Source: Mayamaea pseudoterrestris (Eukaryota). Taken from it: a stretch of DNA of 64,000 bases. Location of the stretch: assembly GCA_027923505.1 (NCBI GenBank), contig BROI01000010.1:248001-312000 (forward strand), in the 5' to 3' direction. Below are positions 46,046 through 59,700 of the stretch, in pieces. Both the position numbers and the translations under genes were made by a program. The notes beneath the pieces were generated by a model. That model saw only the letters and a program-made list of their open reading frames with translations, was not told the DNA's origin and ran no database searches. Each line of letters opens with the position of its first letter. The stretch's first letter is position 1.

Positions 46046-46545
46046 GGTTTTAAAATGCAATGTAGAAAGTGTAAGTTTGTAGATTGTGAGAGCGATGGAA
46101 GATTTTGCCGACCGTGAGGGACACGCTTACGAGAGACGAAAAAGATATCGGATCGTTTCCTCTTCGATTTCCGAACGCTATCGAATTGGTGAATCTTCTG
46201 TGACGCAAGGGCGATATCACTGCGAACGGGACTGACGTGGTGTGATGTCATGATCTGAGTCGAGGGTCTGCGTCTGTTTAGTTACGCTGCGACTATAGGT
46301 AGTTTTTCTCGTCGCGCAAAATGCGAGCTGGACATTCTGCCATAGGCTCATAACAGGTGTATACTATAGTCTACCATTGCTGTGCCACCGACAGGGTCAC
46401 TCAGAGCAACGGCACCAAACCACAAAGGAGCAAGGATGTCCAATACACCATGGATAGCTCATTTGAAATGCACAAAGCCTTGTCAAGTTCAAGCAGCTTT
46501 CAATGCCAGCCATGATCCATGTGTTCCACTGCAAGCGACTAAACT

Positions 46546-47760
46546 TAGCTTGATGGAAGGTGGCAATACTGCAAATGATGGGGATGACCAAAGTTTGCTT
46601 GCGCTGCCGCTGCTGCTGCATAACACACAGTCGCACGTAATACAGTGTATCTACTCCTGTATCGTCAGGAAAAAAATGAATTGACCAACATTGTATGTGT
46701 CATAGTACCTCACAAATACCTTGTCTAAAGGTGGCAATGGCTAAAAAGACAATCAGGGCCATAGTTTGATGGGTTGGATTCATGGACAGCACTTTTGTTC
46801 TATCTGGCCCATCTACTCCCACAACTTTTCCAAAACTTGAGCTTGCCAGGCTTGTTTGGGTCTGTTGGCCTCATTGATATCTTGGCCCATGGTGGTAATG
46901 TTTGTAAGTGATGGGGATGCCCAGCGGACCTGGTGGTGTGGTGTGGTGACATGATACTTAGCAATTTGGAAGCTAGCATGTCTATTTTCAAAACTTGAAG
47001 GATTTGCATGACCACCAAGGTTGTAGAGGTTGATTGACTTGACCAATAGCTTGGTGGAAGGTGGCAATGCTGCAAATGATGGGGATGACCAAAGTTTGCT
47101 TGCGCTGCCGCTGCTGCTGCATAACACACAGTCGCACGTAATACATTGTATTTACTCCTGTATCGCAGGAAAACATGAGTTGACCAACATTGTATGTGTC
47201 CTAGTACCTCAAAAATATCTTGTCTAAAGGTGGCAATGGCTAAAAAGACAATCAGGGCCATAGTTTGTTGGGTTTGGATTCATAGACAGCACTTTTGTTC
47301 TATTTGGCCCATCTACTCCCACAACTGTCCCAAAACTTGAGCTTGTCATGTTGGTTTGGGTCTGTTGGCCTCATTGATATCTTGGCCCACGGTGGCAATG
47401 TTTGTAAGTGATGGGGATGCCCAGCGGGCCTGGTGTTGTGCTGTGGCAACATGATACTTAGCTATGTGGATGCTAGCATGTCTATTCCCAAAAATTGAAG
47501 GATTTGCATGACCAACAAGGTTGTAGAGGTTGATTGACCTGACCAATAGCTTGATGGAAGGTGGCAATGCTGCAAATGATGGGGATGACCAATGTTTGCT
47601 TGTGCTGCCGCTGCTGCTGCGTGACATACAGTTGCATGGAATACAGTGTATCTACTCCTGTATTGCCAGGAAAACATGAGTCGACCAACATTGTATGTGT
47701 CCTAGTACCTCACAAATACCATGTCTAAAGGTGGCAAAGACTAAAAAGACAATCAGGGCC
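46546..47760. repeat. ~500-bp tandem repeat (~2.4 copies) built from three diverged ~167-bp sub-monomers
   Basis: tagcttg(a/g)tggaaggtggcaat at 46546, 47047 and 47547. Internal ggtgg(c/t)aat anchors at ~46559, ~46730, ~46891 and ~47060. Confidence 0.9.
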
Positions 47761-50700
47761 AATCCCTTGTCCCTTATGTTCATTTGGCATGGTGAAACCC
47801 CGCCATGGCATCCAAGTTGCTCAGTGACGGCGAGAAAGAAAATTATTTTTCAGCGCATCTTCAAGGGTCATCTGCCTAGAAGGCGCCACTGGTGCACCAA
47901 TGGAGCATCCTATGAGCACCTGCATGGCCAAATCCTTGTCCCGTATGTTCATTTGGTGTGGTAAAACCCCGCCATGGCATCCAAGTAGCTCAGTGACGTT
48001 GAGAAGGAAAATCCTTCTGAGCGCCAGTTGAAGGGGCATCTGCCTAGAAGGTGCCACTGGTGCACCATCGGAGCATCCAATGAGCACCTGCATGGCCAAA
48101 CCCTTGTCCCATCTGTTTGTTTGGTGTGGTGAAACCCCGCCATGGCATCCAAGTAGTTCACTGACGGCGAGAAGGAAAATCCTTCTGAGCGCCAGTTGAA
48201 GGGCCATCTGCCTAGAAGGCGCCACTGGTGCACCAATGGAGCATCCAATGAGCACCTGCATGACAAAACCCTTGTCCCATATGTTCATTTGGTGTGGTGA
48301 GACCCCGCCATGGCATCCAAGTAGCTCACTGATGGCGAGAAGGAATATCCTTCTGAGCGACAGTTGAAGGGCCATCTGACTAGAAGGCGCCACTGGTGCA
48401 CCAATGGAGCATCCAATGAGCACCTGCATGGCCAAACCATTGTCCCGTATGCTCATTTGGTGTGGTGAAACCCCGCCATGGCATCCAAGTAGCTCAGTGA
48501 GGGCGAGAAGGAAAATCCTTCTGAGCGCCAGTTGAAGGGGCATCTGCCTAGAAGGCACCACTGGTGCACCAATGGAGCATCAAATGAGCGCCTGCATGGC
48601 CAAAACCTTGTCCAATATGTTTATTTGGTGTGGTGAAACCCCGCCATGGCATCCAAGTAGCTCGCCTAGAAGGCGCCACTGGGGCACTAATGAAGCATCC
48701 AATGAGCACCTGCATGGCCAAACCCTTGTCCCATATGTTCATTTGGCGTGGTGAAACCCCGCCATGGCATCCAAGTAGCTCAGTGATGTTGAGAAGGAAA
48801 ATCCTTCTGAGCGCCAGTTGAAGGGCCATCTGCCTAGAAGGCACCACTGGTGCACCATTGGAGCATCCAATGAGCACCTGCATGGCCAAACCCTTGTAAC
48901 GTATGTTCATTTGGTGTGGTGAAATCACACCATGGCATCCAAGTAGCTCAGTGACGGCGAGAAGGAAAATCCTTATGAGTGCCAGTTGAAGGGCCATCTG
49001 CCTAGAAGGCGCCACTGGGGCACCAATGGAGCATCCAATGAGCACCTGCATGGCCAAACCCTTGTCCCATATGTTCATTTGGTGTGGTGAAACCCCGCCA
49101 TGGCATCCAAGTAGCTCAGTGATGGCGAGAAGGAAAATCCTTCTGAGCGCCAGTTGAAGGGCCATCTGCCCAGAAGGCGCCACTGGTGCACCAATGGAGC
49201 ATTCTATGAGCATTTGCATGGCCAAACCCTTGTCCAATATGTTCATTTGGGGTGGTGAAACCCCGCCATGGCATCCAAGTAGCTCAGTGACGGCGAGAAG
49301 GAAAAACCTTCTGAGCGCCAGTTGAAGGGCCATCTGCCTAGAAGGCGCCACTGGTGCACCAATGGAGCATCCAATGAGCATCTGCATGGCCAAACCCTTG
49401 TCCTGTATGTTAATTTGGCGTGGTAAAATCCCGCCATGGCATCCAAGTAGCTCAGTGACGGCGAGAAGGAAAAACCTTCTGAGCGCTAGTTGAAGGGCCA
49501 TCTGCCTAGAAGGCGCCACTAGTGCACCATTGGAGCATCCAATGAGCACCTGCTTGGCCAAACCCTTGTTCAATTTGTTTATGTGGTGTGGTGAAACCCC
49601 GCCATGGCATTTAAGTAGCTTAGTGACGGCGAGAAGGAAAAACCTTCTGAGCGCCAGTTGAAGGGCCATCTGCCTAGAAGGCGCCACTGGAGCACCAATG
49701 GAGCATCCAATGAGCACCTGCATGGCCAAACCCTTGTCCCGACCCTTGTACCGTATGTTCATTTGGTGTGGTGAAACCCCGCCATGGCATCCAAGTAGCT
49801 CAGTGACGGCGAGAAGGAAAAACCTTCTGAGCGCCAGTTGAAGGGCCATCTGCCCAGAAGGCGCCACTGGTGCACCAATGGAGCATCCAATGAGCACCTG
49901 CATGGCCAAACCCTTGTCCCATATGTTCATTTGGTGTGATGAAACCCCGCCATGGCATCCAAGTAGCTCACTGACGGCGAGAAGGAAAAAACCTTCTGAG
50001 CACCAGTTGAAAGGCCATCTGCCTAGAAGGCGCCACTGGTGCACCATTGGAGCATCCAATGAGCACCTGCATGGCCAAACCCTTGTCCCATATGTTCATT
50101 TGGTGTGGTGAAACCCCGCCATGGCATCCAAGTAGCTCAGTGACGGCGAGAAGGAAAAACCTTCTGAGCGCCAGTTGAAGGGCCATCTGCCTAGAAGGCG
50201 GGGCACCAATGGAGCATCCAATGAGCACCTGCATGGCCAAACCCTTGTCCTGTATGTTCATTTGGCGTGGTAAAATCCCGCCATGGCATCCAAGTAGCTC
50301 AGTGACGGCGAGAAGGAAAAACCTTCTGAGCGCCAGTTGAAGGGCCATCTGCCTAGAAGGCGCCACTAGTGCACCATTGGAGCATCCAATGAGCACCTGC
50401 TTGGCCAAACCCTTGTCCAATTTGTTTATGTGGTGTGGTGAAACCCCGCCATGGCATCCAAGTAGCTCAGTGATGGCGAGAAGGAAAAACCTTCTGAGCG
50501 CCACTTGAAGGGCCATCTGCCTAGAAGGCGCCACTGGAGCACCAATGGAGCATCCAATGAGCACCTGCATGGCCAAACCCTTGTCCCGTATGTTCATTTG
50601 GCGTGGTGAAACCCCGCCATGGCATCCAAGTAGCTCAGTGATGGCGAGAAGGAAAAACCTTCTGAGCGCCAGTTGAAGGGCCATCTGCCTAGAGGCGCCA

Positions 50701-53700
50701 CCAGTGCACCATTGGAGCATCCAACGAGCACCTGCTTGGCCAAACCCTTGTCCAATTTGTTTATGTGGTGTGGTGAAACCCCGCCATGGCATCCAAGTAG
50801 CTCAGTGAAGGCGAGAAGGAAAATCCTTCTGAGCGCCAGTTGAAGGGCCATCTGCCTAGAAGGCGCCACTGGTGCACCAATGGAGCATCCAATGAGCACC
50901 TGCATGGCCAAACCCTTGTCCCATATGTTCATTTGGTGTGGTGAAACCCCGCCATGGCATCCAAATAGCTCAGTGACGGCGAGAAGGAAAAACCTTCTGA
51001 GCGCCAGTTGAAGGGCCATCTGCCTAGAAGGCGCCACTGGTGCACCAATGGAGCATCCAATGAGCACCTGCATGGTCAAACCCTTGTCCCGTATATTCAT
51101 TTGGCGTGATGAAACCTCGCCACGGCATTCAAGTAGCTCAGTGACGGCGAGAAGGAAAATCCTTCTGAGTGCCAGTTGAAGGGCCACTTGCCTAGAAGGC
51201 GCCACAGGTGCACCATTGGAGCATCCAATGAGCACCTGCATGGCCAAACCCTTGTACCGTATGTTCATTTAGTGTGGTGAAACCCCGCCATGGCATCCAA
51301 GTAGCTCAGTGACGGCGAGAAGGAAAATCCTTCTGTTCACCAGTTGAAGGGGCATCTGCCTAGAAGGTGCCACTGGGGCACCAATGGAGCATCCAATGAG
51401 CACCTGCATGACCAAACCCTTGTCCTGTATGTTCATTTGGCGTGGTAAAATCCCGCCATGGCATCCAAGTAGCTCAGTGACGGCGAGAAGGAAAAACCAT
51501 CTGAGCGCCAGTTGAAGGGCCATCTGCCTAGAAGGCGCCACTAGTGCACCAATGGAGCATCCAATGAGCACCTGCATGGCCACCTTTCCGCGAAGCGGCC
51601 AAACCCTTGTCCTGTATGTTAATTTAGTGTGGTGAAACCCCGCCATGGCATCCAAGTAGCTCAGTGACGGCAAGAAGGAAAAACCTTCTGAGCGCCAGTT
51701 GAAGGGCCATCTGCCTAGAAGGCGCCACTGGTGCACCAATGGAGCATCCAATGAGCACCTGCATGGCCAAACCCTTGTCCCGTATGTTCATTTGGTGTGG
51801 TGAAACCCCGCCATGGCATCCAAGTAGCTCAGTGACGGTGAGAAGGAAAACCTTCTGAGCGCCAGTTGAAGGGCCATCTGCCTAGAAGGCGCCACTGGTG
51901 CACCAATGGAGCATCCAATGAGCACCTGCATGGCCAAACCCTTGTCCCGTATGTTCATTTGGCGTGGTGAAACCCCGCCATGGCATCCAAGTAGCTCAGT
52001 GATGGCGAGAAGGAAATTCCTTCTGAGCGCCAGTTGAAGGGCCATCTGCATAGAAGGCGCCACTGGTGCACCAATGGAGCATCCAATGAGCACCTGCATG
52101 GCCAAACCCTTGATCAATATGTTCATTTGGCGTGGTGAAACCCCGCCATGGCATCCAAGTAGCTCAGTGACGGCGAGAAGGAAAAACCTTCTGAGCGCCA
52201 GTTGAAGGGCCATCTGCCTAGAAGGCGCCACTGGTGCACCATTGGAGCATCCTATGAGCACCTGCATGGGCAAACCCTTGTCCTGTATGTTCATTTGGTG
52301 TGGTGAAACCCCGCCATGGCATCCAAGTAGCTCACTGACGGCGAGAAGGAAAATCCTTCTGAGCGCCAGTTGAAGGGCCATCTGCCTAGAAGGCGCCACT
52401 GGTGCACCATTGGAGCATCCAATGAGCACCTGCATGGCCAAACCCTTGTCCCATATGTTCATTTGGCGTGGTGAAACCCCGCCATGGCATCCAAGTAGCT
52501 CAGTGATGGCAAGAAGGAAAATCCTTCTGAGCGCCAGTTGAAGGGCCATCTGCCTAGAAGGCGCCACTGGTGCACCAATGGAGCAATCTATGAGCACCTG
52601 CATGGGCAAAACCTTGTCCAATATGTAAATTTAGTGTGGTGAAACCCTGCCATGGCATCCAAATAGCTCAGTGACGGTGAGAAGGAAAATCCTTCTGAGC
52701 GCCAGTTGAAGGGGCATCTGCCTAGAAGGCACCACTGGTGCACTGATGGAGCATTCTATGAGCACCTGCATGGGCAAACCCTTGTCCTGTATGTTCATTT
52801 GGTGTGGTGAAACCCCGCCATGGCATCCAAGTAGCTCAGTGACGGCGAGAAGGAAAATCCTTCTGAGCGCCAGTTGAAGGGGCATCTGCCTAGAAGGCGC
52901 CACTGGTGCACTGATGGAGCATCCTATGAGCACCTGCATGGGCAAACCCTTGTCCTGTATGTTCATTTGGCGTGGTGAAACCCCGCCATGGCATCCAAGT
53001 AGCTCAGTGACGGCGAGAAGGAAAATCCTTCTGAGCGCCAGTTGAAGGGCCATCTGCCTAGAAGGCGCCACTGGTGCACCATCGGAGCATCCCATGAGCA
53101 CCTGCATGGCCAAACCCTTGTTCAATATGTTCATTTGGCGTGGTGAAACCCCGTTATGGCATCCAAGTAGCTCAGTGATGGTGAGAAGGAAAAACCTTCT
53201 GAGCGCCAGTTGAAGGGCCATCTGCCTAGAAGGCGCCACTGGTGCACCATTGGAGCATCCTATGAGCACCTGCATGGCCAAACCCTTGTCCCATATGTTC
53301 ATTTAGTGTGGTGAAACCCCGCCATGGCATCCAAGTAGCTCAGTGACGGCGAGAAGGAAAAACCTTCTGAGCGCCAGTTGAAGGGCCATCTGCCTAGAAG
53401 GCGCCACTGGTGCACCAATGGAGCATCCAATGAGCACCTGCATGGCCAAACCCTTGTACCCTATGTTCATTTGGTGTGGTGAAACCCCGCCATGGCATCC
53501 AAGTAGCTCAGTGACGGCGAGAAGGAAAATCCTTCTGAGCCAAGTAGCTCAGTGATGGTGAGAAGGAAAAACCTTCTGAGCGCCAGTTGAAGGGCCATCT
53601 GCCTAGAAGGCGCCACTGGTGCACCATTGGAGCATCCTATGAGCACCTGCATGGCCAAACCCTTGTCCCATATGTTCATTTAGTGTGGTGAAACCCCGCC

Positions 53701-56700
53701 ATGGCATCCAAGTAGCTCAGTGACGGCGAGAAGGAAAAACCTTCTGAGCGCCAGTTGAAGGGCCATCTGCCTAGAAGGCGCCACTGGTGCACCAATGGAG
53801 CATCCAATGAGCACCTGCATGGCCAAACCCTTGTACCCTATGTTCATTTGGTGTGGTGAAACCCCGCCATGGCATCCAAGTAGCTCAGTGACGGCGAGAA
53901 GGAAAATCCTTCTGAGCGCCAGTTGAAGGGCCATCTGCCTAGAAGGCGCCACTGGTGCACCAATGGAGCATCCAATGAGCACCTGCATGGCCAAACCCTT
54001 GTCCCATATGTTCATTTGGTGTGGTGAAACCCCGCCATGGCATCCAAGTAGCTCAGTGACGGCGAGAAGGAAAAACCTTCTGAGCGCCAGTTGAAGGGCC
54101 ATCTGCCTAGAAGGCGCCACTGGTGCACCAATGGAGCATCCAATGAGCACCTGCATGGCCAAACCCTTGTCCCATATGTTCATTTAGTGTGGTGAAACCC
54201 CGCCATGGCATCCAAGTAGCTCAGTGACGGTGAGAAGGAAAAACCTTCTGAGCGCCAGTTGAAGGGCCATCTGCCTAGAAGGCGCCACTGGTGCACCAAT
54301 GGAGCATCCAATGAGCACCTGCATGGCCAAACCCTTGTCCTGTATGTTCATTTGGTGTGGTGAAACCCCGCCATGGCATCCAAGTAGCTCAGTGACGGCG
54401 AGAAGGAAAATTCTTCTGAGCGCCAGTTGAAGGGCCATCTGCCTAGAAGGCGCCACTGGTGCACCAATGGAGCATCCAATGAGCACCTGCATGGCCAAAC
54501 CCTTGTTCAATATGTTCATTTGGCGTGGTGAAACCCCGCCATGGCATCCAAGTAGCTCAGTGACGGCGAGAAGGAAAATCCTTCTGAGCGCCAGTTGAAG
54601 GGCCATCTGCCTAGAAGGCGCCACTGGTGCACCAATGGAGCATCCAATGAGCACCTGCATGGCCAAACCCTTGTTCAATATGTTCATTTGGCGTGGTGAA
54701 ACCCCGCCATGGCATCCAAGTAGCTCAGTGACGGCGAGAAGGAAATTCCTTCTGAGCGCCAGTTGAAGGGCCATCTGCCTAGAAGGCGCCACTGGTGCAC
54801 CAATGGAGCATCCAATGAGCACCTGCATGGCCAAACCCTTGTCCCGTATGTTCATTTGGCGTGGTGAAACCCCGCCATGGCATCCAAGTAGCTCAGTGAC
54901 GGTGAGAAGGAAAATCCTTCTGAGCGCCAGTTGAAGGGGCATCTGCCTAGAAGGCGCCACTGGTGCACCATTGGAGCATCCAATGAGCACCTGCATGGCC
55001 AAACCCTTGTCCCATATGTTCATTTGGTGTGGTGAAACCCCGCCATGGCATCCAAGTAGCTCACTGACGGCGAGAAGGAAAAACCTTCTGAGCGCCAGTT
55101 GAAGGGCCATCTGCCTAGAAGGCGCCACTGGTGCACCAATGGAGCATCCAATGAGCACCTGCATGGCCAAACCCTTGTCCCATATGTTCATTTGGTGTGG
55201 TGAAACCCCGCCATGGCATCCAAGTAGCTCAGTGACGGCGAGAAGGAAAAACCTTCTGAGCGCCAGTTGAAGGGCCATCTGCCTAGAAGGCGCCACTGGT
55301 GCACCAATGGAGCATCCAATGAGCACCTGCATGGCCAAACCCTTGTCCCATATGTTCATTTGGTGTGGTGAAACCCCGCCATGGCATCCAAGTAGCTCAG
55401 TGACGGCGAGAAGGAAAATCCTTCTGAGCGCCAGTTGAAGGGCCATCTGCCTAGAAGGCGCCACTGGTGCACCAATGGAGCATCCAATGAGCACCTGCAT
55501 GGCCAAACCCTTGTCCCATATGTTCATTTGGCGTGGTGAAACCCCGCCATGGCATCCAAGTAGCTCAGTGACGGCGAGAAGGAAAAACCTTCTGAGCGCC
55601 AGTTGAAGGGCCATCTGCCTAGAAGGCGCCACTGGTGCACCATTGGAGCATCCAATGAGCACCTGCATGGCCAAACCCTTGTCCCATATGTTCATTTGGC
55701 GTGGTGAAACCCCGCCATGGCATCCAAGTAGCTCAGTGACGGCGAGAAGGAAATTCCTTCTGAGCGCCAGTTGAAGGGCCATCTGCCTAGAAGGCGCCAC
55801 TGGTGCACCATTGGAGCATCCAATGAGCACCTGCATGGCCAAACCCTTGTCCCATATGTTCATTTAGTGTGGTGAAACCCCGCCATGGCATCCAAGTAGC
55901 TCAGTGACGGCGAGAAGGAAAAACCTTCTGAGCGCCAGTTGAAGGGCCATCTGCCTAGAAGGCGCCACTGGTGCACCAATGGAGCATCCAATGAGCACCT
56001 GCATGGCCAAACCCTTGTCCCGTATGTTCATTTGGCGTGGTGAAACCCCGCCATGGCATCCAAGTAGCTCAGTGACAGCGAGAAGGAAAAACCTTCTGAG
56101 CGCCAGTTGAAGGGCCATCTGCCTAAAAGGCGCCACTGGTGCACCATTGGGGCATCCAACGAGCACCTGCATGGCCAAACCCTTGTCCCATATGTTCATT
56201 TGGTGTGGTGAAACCCCGCCATGGCATCCAAGTAGCTCACTGACGGCGAGAAGGAAAAACCTTCTGAGCGCCAGTTGAAGGGCCATCTGCCTAGAAGGCG
56301 CCACTGGTGCACCAATGGAGCATCCAATGAGCACCTGCATGGCCAAACCCTTGTCCTGTATGTTCATTTGGTGTGGTGAAACCCCGCCATGGCATCCAAG
56401 TAGCTCACTGACGGCGAGAAGGAAAATCCTTCTGAGCGCCAGTTGAAGGGCCATCTGCCTAGAAGGCGCCACTGGTGCACCATTGGAGCATCCAATGAGC
56501 ACCTGCATGGCCAAACCCTTGTTCAATATGTTCATTTGGCGTGGTGAAACCCCGCCATGGCATCCAAGTAGCTCAGTGACGGCGAGAAGGAAATTCCTTC
56601 TGAGCGCCAGTTGAAGGGCCATCTGCCTAGAAGGCGCCACTGGTGCACCATTGGAGCATCCAATGAGCACCTGCATGGCCAAACCCTTGTCCCATATGTT

Positions 56701-59700
56701 CATTTGGCGTGGTGAAACCCCGCCATGGCATCCAAGTAGCTCAGTGACGGCGAGAAGGAAAAACCTTCTGAGCGCCAGTTGAAGGGCCATCTGCCTAGAA
56801 GGCGCCACTGGTGCACCATTGGAGCATCCAATGAGCACCTGCATGGCCAAACCCTTGTCCCGTATGTTCATTTGGCGTGGTGAAACCCCGCCATGGCATC
56901 CAAGTAGCTCAGTGACGGCGAGAAGGAAAAACCTTCTGAGCGCCAGTTGAAGGGCCATCTGCCTAGAAGGCGCCAATGGTGCACCAATGGAGCATCCAAT
57001 GAGCACCTGCATGGCCAAACCCTTGTTCAATATGTTCATTTGGCGTGGTGAAACCCCGCCATGGCATCCAAGTAGCTCAGTGACGGCGAGAAGGAAAATC
57101 TTCTGAGCGCCAGTTGAAGGGCCATCTGCCTAGAAGGCGCCACTGGTGCACCATTGGAGCATCCAATGAGCACCTGCATGGCCAAACCCTTGTCCCATAT
57201 GTTCATTTGGTGTGGTGAAACCCCGCCATGGCATCCAAGTAGCTCAGTGACGGCGAGAAGGAAAATCCTTCTGAGCGCCAGTTGAAGGGCCATCTGCCTA
57301 GAAGGCGCCACTGGTGCACCATTGGAGCATCCAATGAGCACCTGCATGGCCAAACCCTTGTCCCATATGTTCATTTAGTGTGGTGAAACCCCGCCATGGC
57401 ATCCAAGTAGCTCAGTGACGGTGAGAAGGAAAAACCTTCTGAGCGCCAGTTGAAGGGCCATCTGCCTAGAAGGCGCCACTGGTGCACCATTGGAGCATCC
57501 AATGAGCACCTGCATGGCCAAACCCTTGTCCCATATGTTAATTTAGTGTGGTGAAACCCCGCCATGGCATCCAAGTAGCTCAGTGATGGTGAGAAGGAAA
57601 CATTTTCTGAGCGCCAGTTGAAGGGCCATCTGCATAGAAGGCGCCACTGGTGCACCATTGGAGCATCCTATGAGCACCTGCATGGGCAAACCCTTGTCCT
57701 GTATGTTCATTTGGCGTGGTGAAACCCCGCCATGGCATCCAAGTAGCTCAGTGACGGCGAGAAGGAAAATCCTTCTGAGCGCCAGTTGAAGGGCCATCTG
57801 CCTAGAAGGCGCCACTGGTGCACCAATGGAGCATCCAATGAGCACCTGCATGGCCAAACCCTTGTCCCGTATGTTCATTTGGTGTGGTGAAACCCCGCCA
57901 TGGCATCCAAGTAGCTCAGTGACGGCGAGAAGGAAAAACCTTCTGAGCGCCAGTTGAAGGGCCATCTGCCTAGAAGGCGCCACTGGTGCACCAATGGAGC
58001 ATCCAATGAGCACCTGCATGGCCAAACCCTTGTCCCATATGTTCATTTGGCGTGGTGAAACCCCGCCATGGCATCCAAGTAGCTCAGTGACGGCGAGAAG
58101 GAAAAACCTTCTGAGCGCCAGTTGAAGGGCCATCTGCCTAGAAGGCGCCACTGGTGCACCAATGGAGCATCCAATGAGCACCTGCATGGCCAAACCCTTG
58201 TCCCGTATGTTCATTTGGCGTGGTGAAACCCCGCCATGGCATCCAAGTAGCTCAGTGACAGCGAGAAGGAAAAACCTTCTGAGCGCCAGTTGAAGGGCCA
58301 TCTGCCTAGAAGGCGCCACTGGTGCACCAATGGAGCATCCAATGAGCACCTGCATGGCCAAACCCTTGTCCAATATGTTCATTTGGCGTGGTGAAACCCC
58401 GCCATGGCATCCAAGTAGCTCAGTGACGGCGAGAAGGAAAAACCTTCTGAGCGCCAGTTGAAGGGCCATCTGCCTAGAAGGCGCCACTGGTGCACCAATG
58501 GAGCATCCAATGAGCACCTGCATGGCCAAACCCTTGTCCCATATGTTCATTTGGTGTGGTGAAACCCCGCCATGGCATCCAAGTAGCTCAGTGACGGCGA
58601 GAAGGAAAAACCTTCTGAGCGCCAGTTGAAGGGCCATCTGCCTAGAAGGCGCCACTGGTGCACCAATGGAGCATCCAATGAGCACCTGCATGGCCAAACC
58701 CTTGTCCCGTATGTTCATTTGGCGTGGTGAAACCCCGCCATGGCATCCAAGTAGCTCAGTGACGGCGAGAAGGAAAAACCTTCTGAGCGCCAGTTGAAGG
58801 GCCATCTGCCTAGAAGGCGCCACTGGTGCACCAATGGAGCATCCAATGAGCACCTGCATGGCCAAACCCTTGTCCCGTATGTTCATTTGGCGTGGTGAAA
58901 CCCCGCCATGGCATCCAAGTAGCTCAGTGACGGTGAGAAGGAAAATCCTTCTGAGCGCCAGTTGAAGGGCCATCTGCCTAGAAGGCGCCACTGGTGCACC
59001 AATGGAGCATCCAATGAGCACCTGCATGGCCAAACCCTTGTCCCGTATGTTCATTTGGTGTGGTGAAACCCCGCCATGGCATCCAAGTAGCTCAGTGACG
59101 GTGAGAAGGAAAACCTTCTGAGCGCCAGTTGAAGGGCCATCTGCCTAGAAGGCGCCACTGGTGCACCAATGGAGCATCCAATGAGCACCTGCATGGCCAA
59201 ACCCTTGTCCCATATGTTCATTTGGTGTGGTGAAACCCCGCCATGGCATCCAAGTAGCTCAGTGACGGCGAGAAGGAAAATCCTTCTGAGCGCCAGTTGA
59301 AGGGCCATCTGCCTAGAAGGCGCCACTGGTGCACCATTGGAGCATCCAATGAGCACCTGCATGGCCAAACCCTTGTCCCATATGTTCATTTGGAGTGGTG
59401 AAACCCCGTTATGGCATCCAAGTAGCTCAGTGACGGTGAGAAGGAAAAACCTTCTGAGCGCCAGTTGAAGGGCCATCTGCCTAGAAGGCGCCACTGGTGC
59501 ACCAATGGAGCATCCAATGAGCATCTGCATGGCCAAACCCTTGTCCCGTATGTTCATTTGGCGTGGTGAAACCCCTCCATGGCATCCAAGTAGCTCAGTG
59601 ACGGCGAGAAGGAAAAACCTTCTGAGCGCCAGTTGAAGGGCCATCTGCCTAGAAGGCGCCACTGGTGCACCAATGGAGCATCCAATGAGCATCTGCATGG

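Noticed and set aside
46382..47964. Short ORFs in the 500-bp repeat
   Set aside because: They recur with the repeat, have inconsistent frames and show no recognisable domain.
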